The position numbers were made by a program, and so were the translations under genes. Shown here one piece after another: positions 59,360 through 64,000 of a stretch of DNA of 64,000 nt. The DNA is from Desulfomonilia bacterium. GTDB lineage: Bacteria > Desulfobacterota > Desulfomonilia > UBA1062. How positions within the stretch are numbered: position 1 is the first letter of the stretch; each line of letters opens with the position of its first letter. Where the stretch lies: contig CAXXDQ010000007.1 of assembly GCA_963664325.2 (NCBI GenBank), forward strand, positions 128,001 to 192,000, given 5' to 3'. Under the pieces are notes generated by a model. The model had not been told where the DNA came from. It saw only the letters and a list, made by a program, of their open reading frames with translations, and ran no database searches.

Positions 59360-60192
59360 CAGATGGCCTCCTTTATGTGCTCGATCTCGGGGTAAGGGAA
59401 AACCGGACCGTCCATGCAGCAGTATGTGCCTCCTATTGCACAGTGGCCGCATTTACCCACACCACATTTCATCATGCGCTCAAGCGACATGTATATGCGT
59501 TCTTTGCTGAAACCGAGGCTCAGGAGTTTTTGAAGGACAAAACGGTACATGATCGGCGGCCCGCACAGCACGGCATAGGTGTCAGACGGAGAGAGAGGTG
59601 TGTGATCGAAAAGGCCCGTCACCACACCGACATACTGTCTCCATATCCCTTCCTCGTCGCGGTCCACGCTGTAAAGATAGCGGAGATCGTCACGGTCGAA
59701 AAAGCTCAGAAGTTCATACTTGAATAATACGTTGTCCGGGTTGTTGGTGCCATACATCAGGATGACGTCTTTGAAGTCGCCGCGCCTGTCAAGAACGTAA
59801 AGCAGCAGGGATCGAAGCGGGGCAAGCCCGAGACCTCCGGCCACCAGCAGGAGATTATGCCCCTTGAATGTGTCGACAGGAAAACCCCGTCCGTACGGGC
59901 CGCGTACTGACAGCGCTGAGCCTTTGCCCAATTCGAAAAGCGCATCGGTAAGAGTTCCTGTCCTGCGCACGCATATTTCAAGAGAGTCGGGGCGTGTGGG
60001 AGGTGAGGAAATGCTGATCGGCGCCTCGCCTTTGCCGAAGATGGAGACCTCGATGAACTGGCCGGGCTGGTGTCCGAACTTTTCCCATGAGGAACCGTCC
60101 GTATGTGCAAGCTGGAAGAGCCTGTGGTCTTTAATTTGGGGGAGTGTCCTCGCGATCTGAACAGGATGCGGCATATATATGTTTGTGCCCAT
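59359..60192 (-). CDS. AsrB/sulfhydrogenase-gamma-like FAD/NAD(P)-binding 2Fe-2S protein
   Basis: PGQF, GEAPISISS, RGPYGRGF, AGGLGLAP, CGPP, SLERMMKCGVGKCGHC. Confidence 0.9.
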   Translation of the reverse strand: MGTNIYMPHPVQIARTLPQIKDHRLFQLAHTDGSSWEKFGHQPGQFIEVSIFGKGEAPISISSPPTRPDSLEICVRRTGTLTDALFELGKGSALSVRGPYGRGFPVDTFKGHNLLLVAGGLGLAPLRSLLLYVLDRRGDFKDVILMYGTNNPDNVLFKYELLSFFDRDDLRYLYSVDRDEEGIWRQYVGVVTGLFDHTPLSPSDTYAVLCGPPIMYRFVLQKLLSLGFSKERIYMSLERMMKCGVGKCGHCAIGGTYCCMDGPVFPYPEIEHIKEAI

Positions 60193-60228
60193 TATCCCTC
60201 CATAGAGCATGGGGTTTTAAATATTAAA

Positions 60229-60243
60229 GCAAGAATAATACCA
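60229..60243 (-). promoter_or_regulatory. Sigma-54 promoter for the FDH operon
   Basis: TGGTATTATTCTTGC. Confidence 0.75.
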
Positions 60244-60303
60244 TTCTACATGTTAATGATATTGCTAATGGAATTGCCTTAACTGTATCCGGGCTGCATT
60301 CAA

Positions 60304-60321
60304 GTGGGTAATTCTGCCCCA
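60304..60321. promoter_or_regulatory. Upstream activator site
   Basis: Minus strand TGGGGCAGAATTACCCAC. Confidence 0.65.
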
Positions 60322-60417
60322 TGATCCTGAGTAAAATTGCACCGGACGTCATGGTAAACAAACCGGTATCCGGCAAATAAATATCCAATCCATTCCCAAA
60401 GAGAATGTCTGCCTGAA

Positions 60418-61101
60418 CTAATCTCCCGGATAAGGTGTAGTTGTCAGTATGGTCTCTGCGTCTTTGTATGGTGAGAGCTTTGAAAGCTTCCTGATGTTTT
60501 TGAGAGTTGTTACCCCGAGATTTTTTACAAGCATGCTTACAACGGAGGACGGGAGATTGCCGCCCGGGTCTGCCAGAAGCTGGTATGTAAGAAGGGTTTT
60601 TTCCCCGCCCTGGGGTTTGAGCGTCCATCTGACATCTCCGACGGGCATTTCCACCATGCCTGTTTTCGGGAGTTTGTAGTCCGCCTTTATTGCAATCCCG
60701 CGGACAATGATTCTGCCGGTGACGCTTTCAATCATGAAGTTGATCCTTCCGAGACCGTAACGGTCAGACAATGGCCAGGGGAGCCCCTGTTCAAAGTATG
60801 TGCTGAAACTGTCGGGGGTGTTGGCGTATTCCGGCAGTTCAATCTTCCGGGCTTCATCGCATAGGAACATGAATTTTTTCTGTGCAGGGACATCCCTTAA
60901 AATTGCCTCGACGACAGGAACCGGGGCGTCAATTATCCCCTCGGCCCTGACTTCATCGACACTGCACCTTGAGTTTGTCCTGGCCCAGCCTGTGATTCCC
61001 TCGGATTCCCTGACCTTTTTCCAGGGGCCTGTCTTGACTGCCGACTGAAGGCAGGCGGCCATCATCAGGATGATTATAAAGGCACTGCTAAGATGTTTCA
61101 T
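60418..61101 (-). CDS. START-domain lipid-binding protein (exported)
   Basis: Signal-like N-terminus; W......GI, LPWPLSDR, W.L.P, DPGGNLP..V; ATGA overlap with upstream gene. Confidence 0.8.
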   Translation of the reverse strand: MKHLSSAFIIILMMAACLQSAVKTGPWKKVRESEGITGWARTNSRCSVDEVRAEGIIDAPVPVVEAILRDVPAQKKFMFLCDEARKIELPEYANTPDSFSTYFEQGLPWPLSDRYGLGRINFMIESVTGRIIVRGIAIKADYKLPKTGMVEMPVGDVRWTLKPQGGEKTLLTYQLLADPGGNLPSSVVSMLVKNLGVTTLKNIRKLSKLSPYKDAETILTTTPYPGD

Positions 61102-62576
61102 CTGATAAACAGCCTTTTTAAAATTTTTACTCCTGCCCATACAGCCATCAGAGCACCTGCATATATCGACGGCCGGAGAAAAGGGGTCAGGCCTCTGGAG
61201 GGGGCGAATTCGACATTGAGCTCAAGACGTTTGTTGAGCTTGTCCATAATGATCAGCTCCGAACAATGGTTGGCAGTCCAGATGGCCGCCTCCATGCCGC
61301 CCGAGCTTACGTGTGTTTTTGTATAATCTCCTGTTAGATAAAGATTGGGGTAGGGCGTGCGCTGGTAAGGCCGGTGTTTTTCCATACCGGGCAGAGGCCG
61401 GTAAACGCCCTGCCTTTTTCTTACTACCCTGAACTTTTTGACCTTGGCATCGCGTGCGGCCGGAAAAAGCCTCCTGATGTCCTCAACCGCCTTTTCGCAA
61501 ATCACCTCGTCCGGAAGAAAACGAACGGCGTCGGCAGGGGCTATGACCATCTCGAACATGCTGCCGCCCTTGAATATATGAGGCAGGACATTAGCGAGAT
61601 CCGCGTAGGTGTTGAATATGCAGTCTATCGAGAAGAATGTCACATCGACATCAGTAAGCTTCTTGTCGAACCACAACTGAATGGATAGCGACGGAGATTC
61701 CTCGAAATAGGCCAGGTCCTGGAAATACTTGAATCTGAAAGATTCCTTCGGGATAACCCTCCTGAGGGAATAAGGGCTCATTGCTGAAACATAGATGTCC
61801 GCGGTTTGTTCGTCCTTGCCGTTTACCATCACATTTTTTATCCTGCCGTTTTCGATATTTATCGAAGTAACAGACTTGCCTGTTTCAAAGCGGCCGCCTT
61901 TGGATTTTATATAGTCAAGACAGCTCCCGACCCAGATTTCGCCGAGACCGCCGTTTGCAAATCCCACCCGGGACGTTTCTGCTGACGCTGAAACCTTTTT
62001 AAACCAGTTTACCATTACCTTGGCCGATATCGCATATTCCGGTGTAAAAGTAAGTCCGTGTATAGCAGGGCTCATTGGCTTGAAAGAGCCCCTCGGTCCG
62101 CGCCGGGAAGTCCATTCCGACCAGGACTGGTTGTCGAATTCGTCCATTTCCTTTTTTGAAGCGCCCACGGAATAGGCCATTGCCGGCAGACTTGCAAGCA
62201 TTTTCCATTTTGGGATGCCCTTGAAACTTTTGATCAGATTCCAGTATGCGACGGCAGTGTGCAAGGGCGCAGGATAGTTTTCGAAATGAAGCACCGGCTG
62301 GTTTCCGCCATCCTGGGCAAAGAAAAAATCCGTGCCTTTCCAGGTGATGTTTTTTTCTATGCCCATTTTTTTAAAGAAGTTTATAAGGTTGACGTAATAG
62401 GGAAAGAAAACATGAAGTGCGTTGTCAATCATGTCCCCGTCATCATCAAGCCACGAATTGGCCCGTCCTCCGAATATCTCGTCCGCTTCTATAATTTCGC
62501 ATTCAATACCTGCATCAAGCAGGTTGATTGCCGTTGCAAGCCCTGACATACCGCCACCCATGATCAATGCTTTCAT
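61098..62576 (-). CDS. FAD-dependent oxidoreductase, HpnE/Pds/Zds (amine oxidase) family
   Basis: GGGMSGL, GGRANSW.D.DGD.ID...HVFF..Y, RP.QRTP..NLYL.GDY, GMEAA. Confidence 0.82.
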   Translation of the reverse strand: MKALIMGGGMSGLATAINLLDAGIECEIIEADEIFGGRANSWLDDDGDMIDNALHVFFPYYVNLINFFKKMGIEKNITWKGTDFFFAQDGGNQPVLHFENYPAPLHTAVAYWNLIKSFKGIPKWKMLASLPAMAYSVGASKKEMDEFDNQSWSEWTSRRGPRGSFKPMSPAIHGLTFTPEYAISAKVMVNWFKKVSASAETSRVGFANGGLGEIWVGSCLDYIKSKGGRFETGKSVTSINIENGRIKNVMVNGKDEQTADIYVSAMSPYSLRRVIPKESFRFKYFQDLAYFEESPSLSIQLWFDKKLTDVDVTFFSIDCIFNTYADLANVLPHIFKGGSMFEMVIAPADAVRFLPDEVICEKAVEDIRRLFPAARDAKVKKFRVVRKRQGVYRPLPGMEKHRPYQRTPYPNLYLTGDYTKTHVSSGGMEAAIWTANHCSELIIMDKLNKRLELNVEFAPSRGLTPFLRPSIYAGALMAVWAGVKILKRLFIR

Positions 62577-62697
62577 AAACCCTCCGGTTATAAATTCTGA
62601 CCATCATATCATGCCTCTTTCAGATAATGGCAATAATTTGTTAAATATAAATCCATCTGATTGACAATAATTTTCAAAACCTATACCTCTTAAGTTG

Positions 62698-63462
62698 ATG
62701 AACGACGGGACAATTCAATCACTTGAAAGAGGGCTTAATATACTGACCATCCTTTCAAAAGCAGGTTCACCGATGACTCTTAATGATATTGCCACAAATT
62801 TCAAGATGGACCGTTCCAGTGTTTTCAGGCTTCTCAAGACAATGGTCAAGGCCGGGTTCATCTATCAGGACAACGATACGAAACGGTATTCACTCGGGTT
62901 CAAGGTGCTGGAGCTTGCAGGGTCTTTTTCGGATAACCTGCATCTCGAAGAGTTTTTAAGGCCGATCATGAAAGATATCTGCCTGCATACGAATCAGAAC
63001 ACGCACCTGGCGATCCTTGACAGGGGAGAAGTCGTTTTCATCGCAGTCGAGCAGCCAAAGGATGCAATTACCATAAGCATATCCATTGGCACGCGCGAAT
63101 CTGCAACGCAGACCGCACTCGGCAGGGCGATACTCGCATTCATGGAAAAAAAATCAATTGATGAAATCGTCAGGAAAGCGCCCATGAAAAGATATACCCC
63201 GAAATCACTCATCTCAAGACCGGCCCTTTACGAAGCCCTTTCCGGCATAAGAAATACAAGGCTGGCTGTTGACAATGAAGAATATAAATCCGGCGTCATA
63301 TGTTTCGCCTCTCCTGTCCTCAATCACAAGGGACAGGCTGTTTGCTCAATCGGCATTTCCGGCCTGGACAGGCTCATAATGCCTTGTTACGATGAATACG
63401 GTGAAATAATAAGACAGGCGGGCCTCAAGGCCTCGGCCCTGCTCGGACTGCCTGTTCTGTGA
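62698..63462 (+). CDS. IclR-family transcriptional regulator
   Basis: IQSLERGL.IL, RSSVFRLL HTH, TALGRAILAF, DNEEY..GV.CFASP. Confidence 0.93.
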   Translation: MNDGTIQSLERGLNILTILSKAGSPMTLNDIATNFKMDRSSVFRLLKTMVKAGFIYQDNDTKRYSLGFKVLELAGSFSDNLHLEEFLRPIMKDICLHTNQNTHLAILDRGEVVFIAVEQPKDAITISISIGTRESATQTALGRAILAFMEKKSIDEIVRKAPMKRYTPKSLISRPALYEALSGIRNTRLAVDNEEYKSGVICFASPVLNHKGQAVCSIGISGLDRLIMPCYDEYGEIIRQAGLKASALLGLPVL

Positions 63463-63511
63463 AAGAAATTTCAGAAAACTATTCCAAGACTGTCCTGCTG
63501 TCTCTTGACTT

Positions 63512-64000
63512 TTAAATCCCGCCCGGTTCGGCATCGGCAAGCTTGAGCTTTACGAAGACCCAGGGTGCGGCAAATGATCCCCACAATCCTATCAGCAGAT
63601 ATCTCGCAAATCTGAACGCCAGAGCAGGCTCAAGGCCTTTGAAAGCCATCTTCAAGCCGATCCACAGGCCGATTATCACGGCAATGCCGAGGATATAGCG
63701 CAGCACCCTCATTGGTACCGTGCCGTCAGAGCTGAAGCCTACGAATTTTCTTTCAAGGACAAAACCAACAGACATGCCCATCAGGGTTGATGCGGCCGTG
63801 ATGCAGTCCTGATCGAGTCCCGGTGAAACGGCAATCATTACTACCGGGATTATGATCGCCGTTGCCAGCAGAAAAGCAAGGCTTTTCCCATAAAGCCATC
63901 TCTCTGCAATGGGTTCAAGCCATACATACAAGACAAGCAGGACAAATCCTGTAATATAACCGCCGATAAGGTCAGGCAGGTCGTGAACGCCCAGGTAGAG
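63512..64000 (-). CDS. PAP2-family membrane phosphatase, 3' part (5' end outside window)
   Basis: Open frame to window edge reading LYLGVHDLPDLIGG (PAP2 motif 3) followed by several TM helices. Confidence 0.8.
   Translation of the reverse strand, partial: LYLGVHDLPDLIGGYITGFVLLVLYVWLEPIAERWLYGKSLAFLLATAIIIPVVMIAVSPGLDQDCITAASTLMGMSVGFVLERKFVGFSSDGTVPMRVLRYILGIAVIIGLWIGLKMAFKGLEPALAFRFARYLLIGLWGSFAAPWVFVKLKLADAEPGGI

Noticed and set aside
57326-59452. fdhA as two ORFs or a nonsense pseudogene
   Set aside because: The TGA sits at the catalytic Cys/Sec position and is followed by a SECIS-like hairpin, so it is one selenoprotein

Overview
A 64-kb gene-dense chromosomal window from an anaerobic bacterium. 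Gene content (bifurcating-type EtfAB with a DUF224/HdrD-like oxidoreductase, selenocysteine formate dehydrogenase, sigma-54 regulation, PanP) suggests a Desulfobacterota/Deltaproteobacteria-like lipid or fatty-acid degrader; this taxonomy is inferred. Core housekeeping genes (rne/rng, tsaC/yciO-like, ttcA, miaA, mutL, pgi, rsmI, panP, lon) are interrupted by accessory patches. (i) A Y1/HUH (RAYT-like) transposase is bracketed by 30-bp inverted repeats with stuttered ends and sits next to an orphan Rhs toxin tip (L,D-transpeptidase-like) and a probable immunity gene. (ii) About 8.5 kb lies between mutL and miaA and carries three copies of an octamer-periodic repeat, two of which delimit a toxin-less higA and an AT-rich HEPN-like gene like cassettes. 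(iii) A truncated secreted phospholipase-C-like gene follows a partner gene. The right third is an energy-metabolism locus in which four sigma-54 promoters, each with the same TGGGG-N7/8-ACCC(C)A upstream palindrome at 60-65 nt, link a Sec-FDH flanked by AsrA/AsrB-like subunits, a six-gene two-component cluster and the EtfBA-oxidoreductase operon. No rRNA, tRNA or CRISPR array was recognised. All calls come from reading motifs by eye, with no database searches.
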